Assembly: GCA_009914755.4 (NCBI GenBank) | Contig: CP068257.2 | Span: 17,504,001 to 17,568,000, forward strand | Source of the DNA: the human T2T-CHM13v2.0 reference genome, Homo sapiens | Direction: 5' to 3' | DNA length: 64,000 nt | Shown here: one piece after another, positions 19,006 through 33,680 of the stretch | Position numbering within the stretch: position 1 is the stretch's first letter | How the letters are laid out: each line of letters opens with the position of its first letter | The notes under the pieces: generated by a model | Database searches by the model: none | The model's input: only the letters and a program-made list of their open reading frames with translations | Told to the model about the DNA's origin: nothing | Program-made: the position numbers and the translations under genes

Positions 19006-21596
19006 GCCTTTTATATTTATTTAGGATCCAGTGTGCTTTAGCACATGGTGTTGGGGCTTGCCAGAACTGAGGTTTCAACCACTTAGATGGACAATTTGCC
19101 TCTGGCTAGTGCTGGTTTAAATGCTGCCTCTGTGGGCTCTGACTGAATTCGGTCCAGTGTTGCTTTCCAGTATGTCAGGCAGCTGTGAGTTTCAATGCAA
19201 AGTCCCACAATCACTGCACTCTTTCTCCCCTAGCTCACAGATTCTCTGCCTGTGTCGTATGGCTATTGCCAGGGGATGAACGAGGGTTGCTCTTCGCAAT
19301 TCAAGACTGTCTTTCCTACCCTCTTCAGTGCCTCTTGATGTTAAAACCAGGTACTGTTATCGCTCATTTGATTTTTGGTTCTTATGAAGGTGGCGTTCTG
19401 TGTGAATAGTTGTTTAGTTTCGTGTTCCTGTAGGGGGAGGGATGGTCTTTAGAGGGAGTCTACTTAGCCATCTTGCTCTGCCTCCTCTCCAGAATCTCTT
19501 TCTTAATCAAATGCAGTAACTTCCTACATTCCTCTGCTGTATCCAGTCTTATCTCCCATGAATCTGTTTATACCGTAGCAGAGAAAGTGATCTACCTTTT
19601 AAAAAACCTGACCATGTTGCTGTCACCAAAACATTCTATTGTTTTTTAGCTCCTCCTCATGTACAAATTCTCAAACTTCTTAACAATTTTCTTTCATAAC
19701 TTTGTACTTACTGATCTATGTCAACTTTTTTTTAATCCTAGCTTTGCACTTTATATTTAACCACGCAGAACTCTTGTGAGACTGAGCCCTTAGCCTATGA
19801 AATCTGTCGCTATCTCTGGATAGATACTTGTGTTGCTTCACCAATACTGTGATGTTTCTTGTCATAATTATTTACTCTGTTCTTTTCTTCCTGAAATGTC
19901 CTACAGTTTTCTTTAATCAACTTCTCTTTATCTTTTCTGTATCATATCTAGTACCACTTCACAATCCACATTTCTGGTTCTCTCTCTAATAACATCCCAA
20001 GAATTTCTCTAACACTGAACTTTGCTTCATAATAGTTATCTATGTGACTATAATTCTTGAAGAAAGAGACTGCCTCATCTCTGATTCTACATTGCTTTAT
20101 GCAGTTTGTGTTAATGGTATAAAGATAACAAATATTTATTAACTAAATGAGTACAGTGTAAGCTGTTAAATTACTTGAGAAACAAAGTTGCTGATAATCT
20201 TTATGATCCTTATTTTCTTTTAATTATTTTTTCAAGTTTTGTCTCTTAATGCAGAGCTAATGAATACATGGAAATTCAACTCAAATCAAATTCAGATTTG
20301 AGATAATCAACAGTATGTTCTATTGCCAATTTTGCCCAAATGGTATATTATTCAGTTTCTCATAAATTGGCACCAAACTTACTTGTTACTTCACTTCCAA
20401 AAAATAATCTTAAACATCATATCAGGTAACTGTGGTTTGCTTATCCTTCATATTCAATAATTGGTCATGATTTCTTTTACCTCCTAAGAGATTAAACATC
20501 TAAATCTTCTCTGCAATGTTGTATATTTCTATAGTTCATTTCCAAATAATCAAATATCATCCTATTTCTTCAGTATCTGTCAAAATGTCATCTCTGCTTT
20601 TAGATTTACTAACTCAAATTCATCATCCACGTGATTTTTATTCTTATCTCTTTAAATGAAATTTAATGCTGTATGATTTTTCCTTTATTGAGCTTGGTGT
20701 CCAGAGATCTATAGGACTCTGGTGAGAGAGTGTTGGAAGTGAAGATTGAAGGTTGACTTTTTCAGAAGGGCCTCAATGAGTCTGGATTCAAAACAAGAAG
20801 TGAGCTACTTCTTCATTGATAGGATGGTTGGAAGTAAAACAATATCTGAGAGCAGAAAGCCCTCTTCTATTTTTCTAGCTCAGTAGCGGTGAGAGTCTTT
20901 CATCTGTAGCCTCCCAGGGAAGGAGTCCCATGTACCTCTAAGATCCTGAGGGTTCTGGCTATGAAACATATGTAAACATTAAAATCAAAGTCTAGATTCA
21001 TTGACATAATGAAATTGCAGCTTTTCTGATAGGCCTCAGGAAGAAGAGAGAGAAAAATAAGATGGAAAATTTGAAGCACATGGCAAGGGAAAAAAGCTGC
21101 TGAAAGAGACAGATGGACACCTGATTTGTTTTAAGCATTTAGGAAGATGCACTCAGAAATTAGATTAGATGAGAGAAAATTAAGACCAACTTTAATGACT
21201 TAACAGGTTTAGGAAAATTTGGAGGAAAAGAATAGGAGCTTCAAAGGGGGCAAAGGGGACAGATGGAGGATCAGAAATAACAAAACAATTGATTGAAGAA
21301 AATTTGAACTAAATGAAGAACTGTGTTTTCATATTGAGAATACTCACTGGGTCAGTCCTAGGCTGCACTAATGAGAAAAAATTTCTAACTGGGCAAAGCC
21401 TGATAGAATTAATGATAAAGAAAAAAATTTTAACTGTATATGTAAGCATAAGTCATCAGTAAATAAATATATTTGCATTACCAGTGGTTATAAAATATCA
21501 CTTACTCAAGATATTATTTGCATCTCAGATGCAGAAAGGTATTTGAAGATATGCAATAATTCAAAAGCGTATTACGTAAGTATCCCATCTATGTAA

Positions 21597-21603
<7 letters not shown>

Positions 21604-21651
<48 letters not shown>
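21604..21651. repeat. (TATC)12 tetranucleotide microsatellite
   Basis: Twelve uninterrupted TATC units, counted base by base, preceded by tatc tat. Confidence 0.95.
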
Positions 21652-21652
<1 letters not shown>

Positions 21653-22039
21653 CTGCCCCCACTTCCTGGCACAGATGGCACAGAACTTCAAAAACTCTTG
21701 TAGTTTCCTCAGTGTTATGCGTTTTAATCTTTGGTTTTAATATTTGTTCTCTGTACCAGTTCCTGACACAGAGCTCCTACATCCCTTGGAATTTCCTGGG
21801 TGATAAGGGCATCTTTTGCTCAAATGAGATGACCCTTGGTGGGCTCCTGAATGGAGATTAGTCACCAAAAGACTAACCCATGATAATAAGCTCAGAGCTT
21901 TCAGCCACACTTCCCATTGTTTAGAGCAGGGAGAGGGACTAGAAATGGAGTTAACAATCAATCCTACCTTCATGACAAAGCCTCTACAGAAATCCCTGAA
22001 CTTTGGGGGTTAGGAGAGCTTCAGGGTGAATGACCACAT

Positions 22040-22450
22040 TCATGTGCCAGAAAAGTGGCATGCTCCAACTCCATAGAAACAGAAGCTCCTCCACTTGGAA
22101 CCCTTTCAGACTTCACCCTATGTATTCCTTCATCTGGCGGTTCATCCATATCTTTTATTATCTCCTTTATTAATAAACCAGTAAACATAAAGAAGTGTTT
22201 TCCTGAGTTCTGGGAGATGCTCTAGCAAATTATCCCCCAAAAGGGATTATGGGAACCCTGATTTATAGCCAATTAGGTAGAAGCACAAGTCACAACCTAT
22301 GACTTGTGATTAACATCTGTAGTAGGGGGCACTCCTGTGGGACTGAGCCCTTAGCCTATAAGATCTGTCACTATCTCTGGATCGATCGTGTCAGAATGGA
22401 ATTTAATTAAAGGGCATCCAGCTGGTGCTGGGGAATTACTAGGTCAGTGT
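22040..22450 (+). repeat. Old ERV-type LTR fragment (family not assigned). A 60-bp piece of the same motif also lies at 19760-19835.
   Basis: ctcctgtgggactgagcccttagcctataagatctgtcactatctctggatcgat (22330-22385) is about 88% identical to ctcttgtgagactgagcccttagcctatgaaatctgtcgctatctctggatagat (19770-19825). The surrounding sequence has an LTR-like layout (…tattaataaaccagtaaacataaag…). Confidence 0.3.
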
Positions 22451-24289
22451 TGGGGGGCAACTCACCACATCTTGGTGACTAGAGGTGAATGAAATATTCT
22501 GTGTTGATTGTGTAAGAGTAGAGAAAATACTTTGGTTTTTCCTATCTCTATTATTACCTAAGCAAATAAAAAGGAATAGCACCAAACCAAAACTGAGACC
22601 TCAAAATGTGGCAATGAAGAGAAGATGGAATAATAGTATAAATATTTATATAAATAAATTGATAGATAGATGTAGCTATAGATGTAGACAAATAAATTTT
22701 GTGTCTGTATTATATACATATTGTAGAATAAATTATTAGTGGTTAAGTGCATACTTTCTGGTCTGATTTGAGTATTACATAAGATTCACAGAAAGCACAC
22801 GTTGTCAGGATAATGCTAATAAAAACTACACTATTTCAGCCAAGATTCAAGGTAGGCAAAATTCAAGAAAATTTTGTATATTGATACCTGAATAACTTAA
22901 AGAAGGTAGATTGTTTGTAACTCAAAGGATAAATGATTGAGGGAATCGATACTCCATTCTCCATGATGTGTTTATTTCACATTGTGTCCCTGTATCAAAA
23001 CATCTCATCTACCCTATAAATATCTACACCTACTATGTACCCACATTTTCAAAAGTATATTAAAGTTTTAGATGAAACAGCTGAATTTATAGTTTGATAT
23101 GCTCCATTTATGGCAATTTTAACATTCTCTTCAATAAATGAATGTATTTCAGTTAAAGAAAGAATTAATTCTACATTAAAGCCGATAGGAAGTAGAGATT
23201 CAAGTAAAATATTTCAGATACTGAGTAAATAAAAAACAGATACATACTATAAAATATGTGAACCTAGAAAAGTCAGACGAGCAAAAAATTGAGAGTTATA
23301 GGAATACAATAGCTTATTTTAATAAATTATAACACACAATGATAAGATCACCCACTTTATAGTTACAAAGTCAGAAACTAGTACACCTGTATGGAAATGG
23401 AATATAGAAATGTTGATCTTAATAGGTGGCTTAAAAAATACATCAGCATAGGAATTATTATTCCTATTCTATTAGCGTAAGAATTAGTACTTGAGTTATC
23501 AAAAATATGTTGGAGGCACTTATTGGCATTGTTGAATCCAATATGATTCCGCCCTGGAATACTGGGTGGAAAATTTGTACATTTTTGAAAAAGATATGTA
23601 ATTAAAGATTTGCAGCAGAAAATGTCATTAAAATTTTTAAGCTAAAAAATACAGGAAGGAAAAAATAAGGAAGGTAAAAAAAAGGAAGGAAAGAAAAAGA
23701 ATAAGAAAGCAAGGACTCAATTGACCGATCAACAAGACTCTCTTGTTGGATTAAAGTCTTAACACCCTATAATGTAATATTCAAAAAACAAGTTTTTTTC
23801 AATTAAAAAGAAATAACAAGCATCTTCAAAACAATGACATGTGGAGTAGGAAAAAATAATAAAAAGCAACATTGAAGATTATAAATCAACAAAAAGGGTA
23901 AAGAGAAACATCATATATTAATAAAATGTAGCAGGCATAAAAATGTTGTGTTCCTAATTATATTTGTGTGAAATATAATAACAGATAAATACATTGAAAA
24001 AAGTAGAAATAGAGAAAGATTTCAATATGACTTAACACTTGTATCTTACAAGAAAATAATGGCAAATATTTATTGAGTAAAGCAATCAATACACATGATT
24101 TAATAAATAATAGTTTCATAGAACAATAAATCTATATGCACCAGTTGTAAGCATATATATGTTTTCATATGTCCATATAACATTTGTATTCTTCAGCTGT
24201 CATTCCTCCACTCAAAGCAACATTTTTAAAACAGATTGAAGATGGATTACTAGTTTATAAGATTACATTAGACAAAAAGTGTTTTATGT

Positions 24290-24475
24290 TTAAATTAGCT
24301 TCAAGAGTATTTGTACACATTTTATATCCTCTCCTGGAATTGCCCTATATATATGTGTGTGTAAATATATAAAATATGATTTTATACATTCAACATATAT
24401 ATTTAATGTATATTTTGTGCATATATATTGAATGTGTATATATATATAGTGTGTGTGTATATATATAAAAATTAC
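24290..24475. repeat. TA/TG-rich low-complexity tract
   Basis: atatatatgtgtgtgtaaatatataaaat...tgtgtatatatatatagtgtgtgtgtatatatataaa. Confidence 0.8.
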
Positions 24476-24832
24476 TTTCTTTTCTATTTTCATAATGGTT
24501 AAGACATCTAGTTTCTTATCTCAGGCTACTTAGTCTCTCTCCTTATACTCATCCTCTTTCCCAGAATTTTTTAGCTCTTCTAACTACTACTCGTGAGTTT
24601 TGAGATCTAAAAGCTAGTGAGTATGGATCAATGAAAATCTGTTATCTATTCCAGAAAATCAGTTATAAATCATGCCAATAAAAACAGATTAACAATGCAA
24701 ATTTTATCTACTGTACAGAAAACATTCCTGTAGCTTTACATTTAAATGTGTATATAGTAAATTTTACCATATTTCTAAGAAAATACACCGTTACAACCAA
24801 CTGAGGTATCCAGCACCATATTCAACAGATAT

Positions 24833-25003
24833 TTTTCTTTTCTTTTTTTTTTCTTTGAAACAGAGCCTCCCTCTGGTGCCCAGGCTGGAGTGCAATGGTG
24901 TGATCTTGGCTCACTACAACCTCCACCTCCTGGGTTCAAGCAATTCTCATGTCTCAGCCTCCCAAGTAGCTGAGATTACAGGCGTGAGCCACTGCATCCA
25001 GCC
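24833..25003 (-). mobile_element. Alu with an internal deletion (about 165 bp; left and right arms joined)
   Basis: T-tail, then gaaacagagcctccctctggtgcccaggctggagtgcaatggtgtgatcttggctcactacaacctccacctcctgggttcaagcaattctcatgtctcagcctcccaagtagctgagattacaggcgtgagccactgcatccagcc. Confidence 0.85.
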
Positions 25004-28000
25004 CTAACTTCTTTAATCTCAGGGCTGTAAAGAATGAAAATATCTGCCCATAGGTTGGAGGTTGCATTTTGGTTAGCTATACCTCTCAGGAGACCCACAG
25101 AATCACCACCTGCTTTAGTGAATACTTGATATTTATCCCCCACAATGACCATTATGACCTTTAGACTATGATACTGACCAACTCAATGATTCATGCCTTG
25201 CCCCCAAAATGTGAAGATCTACAATTTAAATAGTGATCTCTAGATTTTCTATTTAGGGCTTCTACCCACAATATTCGACCTCTGATAGGAAACTATTCAC
25301 ATCCTGAATACTGCCATTTGATGACACAAGAAATGGCTCAGTAAAAAAATCACACAGAGATGCAGAGACTTTTGAAAGGAAATCTTAGAATTCCCCAAAA
25401 ATTTCCAACTCATGAAACAACAGATTTGCAATTATTTTTACCATTGCTTCTACCATATAATGGAAACTCTTTTGGGTATAAAGAACCAGCCCAAAATGCA
25501 GTCTTTTGAAATATGTTAAAATTTCCCAATCAACCAGAAGATTTTAGAATAGTGAATAATGCTATATTTTCAGTGCTTACTGAAACCGTACTTAAATTTG
25601 CATAAAATACATCTGAGTCAAACATTCACACAGACTATTTTTTATTCATTGACTATATATGAAATCCAATATCACTAGTATAACCATCTCAAAAAAGATA
25701 CGTGTGGTATCTAAGTTTATCAAATACGACAGAATTTATTTAGTCTCTTCTCTTTCTGGAATGAAAAAAATTCATCTTATCATTTACAAGACTCAGCTTC
25801 TGAAGTGTTCGTATATAAGGTCCCATTTTCTATAATATCTTGATTTTCCTAAATAATACAAATTTCTATATAACGGTTACTGCCAATAGGCTGTTTCCTA
25901 AAATGTTATTTCTGTACATATTTGGGAGAAATGTCGAATATTAATAACACAATATATAATTAATTGTATTTATAAAGCAATAAACTCCTTTTGATGTTCC
26001 AATTCTTTACAATTTTAGCTTTCAAATCTTTCATCCTGACCCTAAGACAATCATTAGGTAACTAATGTCAAGCTGAATTTCATTCAGGTCTGTTTTCCAT
26101 ACTCAATGAAGAAATAAATGATGTTACAATAAGCTCAAATTCATTTATTCCTTCTATAATAATAACCTAGTGTGTATTCTACACTTTGTAAAACAAAATT
26201 ATATAAAAATGAATGAATAGATAAATAGGTAAATACTATGAGCCCTGCCAGTGACAATTTTAAACAAGTTTAGAGGTAGTACATTTACATCACTAAAAAA
26301 TATTTTAAGAACTTATCCAACATCTATTTAGACACCCAAAGTGAATATTTTATTAAGACTTTTTTCTCCTAAAAACAAAAGAGAGATTTCTTAGGATAGC
26401 CATCGCAGGTCATACATCTTAATTAGAAGTTCCTGGATGGGCTGTGACTGTGTGTATATGTTTGTGCACTAAGGCAGGTCATGAAGCCATGTGTGTATGC
26501 CAGTATCCCCTTCTCTGGGGTGAGAGTTCTAGTTTAATTGGGACAGGGCCTTTTTTATCACCTAATACCTTAGCACAACTATTTTCAGCACCCTCTTCAC
26601 TTTCGTAAGAGTTGTGAGTTGGAAGATAAATTATAGAATCATCCTACAAGGAGAGAACAAAATAAAGGTTAAGAGCATTGATGAAGTGAGCAGGGTAGAA
26701 TTTCTAGAGAAATCAGTGGTGCAACAACTGTCATATATTAAAGCCAAGGAGCCATCAGACGAAATACCGTTATATTCCACACTATTAAGAATGACAAAAT
26801 GCTGTCAATTAATTTCTGATACATTATCCATTTTAATAAAGCAACCTGGTTTCAGAGACATTCAGTAGTGAAAAGAATGTGGGTCTTATAGTGAAATACA
26901 ATGTATAAATTTAGCTTAGAATGAATTACAATTTAAGTAATTAGAGTGAATATATTCTTGAAATGATTGAAAATGTATATCTTAAGAGAAGCATATATCA
27001 AATTAACTCTTCAATAAGTATTAGTGTCCTCCTTTTACATCTGAAATATGAGATTACATATAAAAGTGGCCACAAACGTACAATTTGTAAATTTATAATA
27101 AAACCTATTTATTATGTTTAAATCTCAATGCATTGAGACATTACACAAATATTTGTGTTTTATGTTTTTTGTTCTACCTCTGAATCACTGTCTGTTTTCT
27201 GGACTCTATCAATTTAAAGTTAACAGTGGGATTTCTTTGGATAATTAAAGGGGAATATCTCTGTCACGCTAGCCCATACGTCTCACAGAGTGGTGCCCTC
27301 TGAATGCAACATTTCATTCTGTCTCTCCTTTACTCATCATGAGGTCAAAGGATTGTTCTTCAGTGCACTAAGTGCAGTCAAATAGCCTTACAAGTAAACA
27401 TCCTTTACAAGTCGAGCCTCTAGACAGACCATAACTTTTCTACTTTGTTGAACTCACCTGACAGGGCAAGAAAAATTGCTCTGAAGAGCTGTAGCCAGGA
27501 GCACTTTACATTCACGGCCAGACTTCCACTTCACTTCCCAGAAGCAATCAGACTTCTTCAATCAGATACCTTCTCCTTCTAGGGTCTTTTTTATTCTGAA
27601 CTGTAAGAACAGAGTGAAATAGATATTTTGTGAACAGACACGTGTTGATAAGAAATAGATTACTAATGACATTAAGAATTATTGCAAAGTAAATCACAGT
27701 AACTAAATGATACTTGAACTTATCTGAAAGATAATATAGGCTTAAATAAAATCAACTAAAAACAATGAGACTGCCTTTTTGTCTACATCAGTTTTTATAT
27801 TCTAAAAGTATAAAATAATTTTTATTTTTAATTTGGGAAGTCACTCTTCTTTTAAAATTTATTCTAACTATAATTTTCCAATTATAAAAACATGATCCTC
27901 ATACAATATAGAATAAATACATGTCAAAGATTTATTGAACTCCTTAACTAATGAGAGGACCAGTTAAATGGGAAGACTGATTCCAAGAACATTTGAGGAA

Positions 28001-29270
28001 CAAGTGTTTTCATAGTCTATTAGGAAAGGCATTTATGTGGAATATTAGAATAAGATCACTAGATTAAATGTAACACAGGTTCATATTCCAAGTGGTAATA
28101 AAACCATAATCTTTGGGGATACCTTTCTTACTAGGCAGATATCTACAAGTAGACATGTAACTTCCCAGTGACTAGGCACCAATCAATTGGTATACAAAGT
28201 AAAAAAAAAATCAATTCTTCTAGAAAATTAAATAATCCTTGGGTTATTACTGTCATAGGGCCTGTTGATAGTGCAGTGGCACTGAAAGGACTTAAATATA
28301 TCCTCTTGCATTATTTCCTATATTTTGATCATATTTTTTCTTACAGTTCCTACTACTTGTAGGTGATCACCTGAATGCCATTCAAAAATTATACTTTGCC
28401 TTAATGGCGGAGGTGTTAAGATGTTTGAAGATGGTTTGTAAAGGAAGAGCATTCCCTTAATGAAATTTTAATATGTTTGCCAAAATCTTAAAAAAATTAT
28501 GGGTTGCATCTGCCAATTATTTTCAAATTTCTAGAACACCGAGTTTTATTTATTTCAGATGATACAATTTACATCTCAAAAGGAACAAAATACCTCTCAA
28601 GTAATTATAAGATTATTTTGTCTAATCTTGAAAATGTCTTAATACACTGGAAAAGGGGACTGAATACTTCACTGACTAGGACTGATTGGCCATCTTAGTG
28701 GATTATGAAATACATGAGAATTTATAATTTGAATTTCATGTTTTAAACTTCAACAGTGTACTAATCAATAAAACATATTCTAATGAGATGAAAAGTGTTT
28801 TTTATACATTATGTTTCTCTTGTAGTAGTTATATCTTTACAAAATTTACTTTTTTATAATATGTTATAATTATAATAATATATAATATATAACATCATGA
28901 AAATATATATGGGCAATAAAATCCTGGTAATTGCTTTCTTTGTATTCCTACAAAAATTGTATTCTAATTAATGGATTTTTTTCTAGTAAAGTATTATGAC
29001 AACAACTTTGTATTAAATAATAATGCTGCCACATTTATTTACAAAGTAGAGAGGTACTAAGTTTAAAAAAGTATGTAAGCATAATATATTATTAACTTAT
29101 TAAAATTATATCCCCACATAAAAATATTTTTTGATATAGTATGTTTTCCAGTATCATTTTTAAACATTATTATTAGCCATGATTACTTCCATGGAAGTTA
29201 TTTTGTTTTGCAAATCCTATAATAGTGCACTAATTTATGTGTGTGTGCGTTTAGTATTTGATAATTCTAG

Positions 29271-29658
<388 letters not shown>

Positions 29659-30968
29659 TCTTTACTTTTATTTATTTTTTTACTTTTTTTAATGTTTGCT
29701 TCCATATACTTTCACATAGAGAATAAAAGAAATAAGTAATTAACTTAAGGCATCTCACAAAAAGGGAAATGTTAAACTCAACATCTGATTTTGTTTTACT
29801 CAAGCTGGCAAGTAGGATCAAACAAATGCCACATTTAAGTCTTTAACATACATTGAACTATATTTTCTAATTTCACTGCTTTTGAGAATTAGTGATTTGC
29901 ATTAACTAAAATTGCTAGGATACAGTTTAATAAACAATAGTAACAATTTACTTGAATGGGCAAAAGTCATTTCAGGTTAGAATATCAAAACAATATCATT
30001 TTGTTTTACGCAATTGTTGTTGCTTTGAAGGCCAACATAAGTTACATACATTTTGGAGTATGTAACAAGTTTCTAGAAAAAATAATCTATCTTTTCTTCC
30101 AAAGGCTATCCTTGATTTTCTTTAAATCAAATGAGGTTATAAAATATTTCTCTGTAACTTTATTTTTTATGTAAGAATTACACATTAAAATAATATTTCA
30201 TGTTAAAATATCTCTTTGAGCTGTTTTTTCAACAATAATATCAATAAGTTAATAACCATAATAATACTAATGACAAGAGTACATATTCTATGACAGTGAT
30301 GGAGCTACATGTGTTTTATAGATTGTTCCTTGGCTCACAATAATCTCTTAAGGCAGGTACCAGTGGCCACATTTTCAGAGAACAGAACAGAATATTGTAG
30401 GTGGGGAGAGTTAAATCATTTGCCAAAGTACCCAGTTGGGTAAGCAGTTTATCCAAAAACAAAACCTATGTTTGTCTAACTCTAAAACCTATGATTCTTT
30501 TACTCAATCGTAAATACAAATTATAAGTCTAGACTCCTAATGTACTTTTTTATGACTCTAGTATATGCTATATCCGGGTAACCTAACCTCTTTAATGGAC
30601 AATTCAGTCTCGTATGAGTGATATTTCCATTTATAGTTGGACTAAAGGTGAACTATCTTATAATTTGCCCTTGGTAGGAACTTTCAAAAATATTGTTTAA
30701 TCAAGTTTACATCACTGTCTGGGAAACTCTTTAACTCATTCATGACAAGCATAAGAATTTGGGAGTTGAGGCAGAGTTATCACAGTTTGTCATTTACGTG
30801 AGTTTTGAGTACTCTTTCATTGTTTTCCTCTAAAAGTAGCCTCAGATTGAAGTTTCCTGGTTTAATAAGAAAAATGATAAAAATAATAACAACTAACTTG
30901 ACTTGTCTTAGTATCAGATCTTTCCAAATTATATTACATGTATGCAAATTAAGAGAGTATGATCCTAG

Positions 30969-31224
30969 GGCTGGGCACGGTGGCTCACGCCTGTAATCCC
31001 AGCACTTTGGGAGGCCAAGGCAGGTGGATCACAAGGTCAGGAGATCGAGACAATCCTGGCTAACATGGTGAAACCCCGTCTCTACCAAAAATACAAAAAA
31101 TTAGCCGAGTGTGGTGGCGGGCGCCTGTAGTCCCGGTGTGAACCCGGGAGGTGGAGCTTGCAGTGAGCCGAGATTGTGCCACTGCACTCCAGCCTGGGCG
31201 ACAGAGCAAGACTCCATCTCAAAA

Positions 31225-31263
<39 letters not shown>

Positions 31264-31275
31264 ATATAAAAAAAG
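30969..31275 (+). mobile_element. AluY-like SINE with a ~28-bp internal deletion and an (AAAT)11 microsatellite tail, plus a TSD
   Basis: ggctgggcacggtggctcacgcctgtaatcccagcactttgggaggccaaggcaggtggatcacaaggtcaggagatcgagacaatcctggctaacatggtgaaaccccgtctctac...gtcccggtgtgaacccgggagg...(aaat)n. Flanks agagtatgatcct and agagcatatgatcct. Confidence 0.92.
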
Positions 31276-33344
31276 AGCATATGATCCTTTCTTCTTTTCA
31301 TTCTCAGGAAAATAGAACATAAACACAAGTGATTTTTAAATAAAATATTATGCAGGGCAGAGAGAGATTTTTCCACATTAAAAAAACAAAAACAAAAAAA
31401 ACGCTCGCATGTAGGCCAAAATGCACTTGCAGGTTTATAAATTTCCAATATGCACAACTTCTTACAAGCCAAATGATAAATTGCCCCAAAGATAAGGGAA
31501 TTATTTGAACCCTCCTTGTCAAAATATGGCTGAGTTAGTGTTTTGAATCATGATTTACACTGAAGATGTGAGGTGACCCTGCGGTATATATTTCATGCTC
31601 TAATTACTCCTGCCTCTGCCTTGTCAGTTAATATGATGTTGAACTTAAAAGGGCCTCTTCACAATAAACCTATAATGAAGCCTGGAATGATGGAAGTGAG
31701 ATTTGTAATGTAACTTTGAAAAGTTTGACAGTAAAATGAATGTGATGTTCTCTCTAAAAAAGAGAAGTCAACTAAAAGTGAATTCAAAAAAAAAGTGGAG
31801 AAGAAAAATATGCAAAAGAAATGGATTTCAATTTAAGTTTATAGTGCCTTGTAGAATGACTGGTACAATCAGATTTTAATAAATGTTTGAGTAATGGACA
31901 AATAAAGTCAGCACAATAATTAATAGGACTGATCTTTTCTCTGAGGGAAATTTACACAACTTAGAGGGATAAGCATGCAAACTTACAATTGCCAAGCTCT
32001 GGATTTCTTCTCCAATAAGATTCCTACGCTACTCATCACTTTTTCAATACTTTTGAAGACATTCTTGACCAAAGGTACAGGATAAGCTTAGGAGGTTACA
32101 AAAGTTTCAAACACCAAAGCACATCTGCTTTATGATCATCCATAAAAATATAAGCTGACTCGTGACCTGCTACTTGTGACTTGCCTTCTCCAATTGAGTG
32201 TGTTAGTAGTGATGGATTCACTTCTAAGACTTTAGGAGGTTGTTTGCACATCTTTCCCTTGCTTCTCTATGAGCTGCTGAAACCACGTCTAGGTTAGCCT
32301 GTTGAAGAGAGGTGAGAGACCAATTATAGAGAAGCTGAGCCATCCAAAAGCAGCTGACAGCCAGTCTATCCACATTACGTGACACAGCAGGGCCATTTCC
32401 TTAACCCAGAGATTACTGCAAATATAACACTGTCAGCCAGGACCCAAAGAACCGTCCAACTGAACTGCAGATTTGTGAATTGTAATCAGTAGTATTGCTT
32501 CTCTTAGTTTGGGCTTCCAAGAAGCAAAGCCTAAGACTTGTTTTCCTGATCGAGTAAGTATTGAGGGAATTCTGTCACATAAAGAGAAGTAAAGGAAGCT
32601 GAATAGGGCTAAGCAGAGGTGTCCCTCAGCTGGGGACTACAGGCATTCTGATCCAAAGGGGAAGCTAAAACACAAATAGCACCACAAAGTGAATCCTGCA
32701 GTGAGGAAAGGGAGTGGCTATTTCCTGCCCTAGTGTAAGTCAGTTATTGGCAGACAGCTTTCCTCCAAGGGAAATGAGATTGGGAAAAGGGTATGGGGAG
32801 TAGTAGCCTTTAGGGCTGTTATAGAAGGCCCACCCACTTTTGGCTAATCACCATAGAAAAGGCAGCTGTGAATGATGAGCTAAAATGCACAGCAGCTGGA
32901 GATTGGGCAAATCTACCACCAAAGGAAATTATGTTGAGGCACCAGCAGCATTCACTACATTGTTTTAAGCAACTAAGTTAAGCAGGGATAACTAATATAA
33001 TAACCACAATAGTTTCATCATTGTCTAGTCATTGCTGAAGTGAAAAATGTACATATTTAACCATTTTATGATCGCTTAATATAAGAGGAAGGAGTTTAGA
33101 TTGTTTTTACTATAGATATCAGGAAACTAAGAGAAACCCATTTTGCAGAGGAATATGATAAGACCACATTATTTTCTGGAGGGACCCCTTTAGTGACTGA
33201 CATTTAAATAGATCCATTGGACTGGAAAGATTTAAATAACAGAGAGATCAATGAGAAGGATATAGCAATAGTTGAATTAGTGATTCAGAGACCTTGAATT
33301 AGTCTGCATTAAGTAGATCTCTAAGAAAAAATAATAAAGACATG

Positions 33345-33680
33345 GTATCTTACTATTCTCAGATTGCTATAACAAAAAATCATGGCTGGTGGCTTAAACA
33401 AACTTATTTCTCATCGTTCTACGGGGTGGGAAGTCCAATATCAAGGTGCTGGCTGATTTGGCTCTTGGTGAGGGCTCTCTTCCTGGCTAGCAGATGGCCT
33501 CCTTCTCACTGTGCTTTCACGTGGTGGAGAGAGAGCAATATGTTGCTCTTCTTCTTACAAGGACCCTAATCCCATTATGAGAGTCCCACCCTCATTATCT
33601 CACGTATGCTAAATTCCCTCCTAAAATTATCTCCAAATATAGTCACATAGGGGGTTACAGCTTCAACATATGATTTTTTT
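33345..33680 (-). mobile_element. MaLR/MLT-type solitary LTR
   Basis: attgctataacaaaaaatcatggctggtggcttaaacaaacttatttctcatcgttctacggggtgggaagtccaatatcaaggtgctggctgatttggctcttggtgagggc...ggttacagcttcaacatatgattttt. Confidence 0.6.

Noticed and set aside
31100-31522. Minus-strand ORFs 31101-31472 (123 aa) and 31304-31522 (72 aa)
   Set aside because: The first runs through the (AAAT)n tail of the AluY at 30969-31275, giving a low-complexity FIYLFIYL translation. The second extends into unique sequence without any homology.
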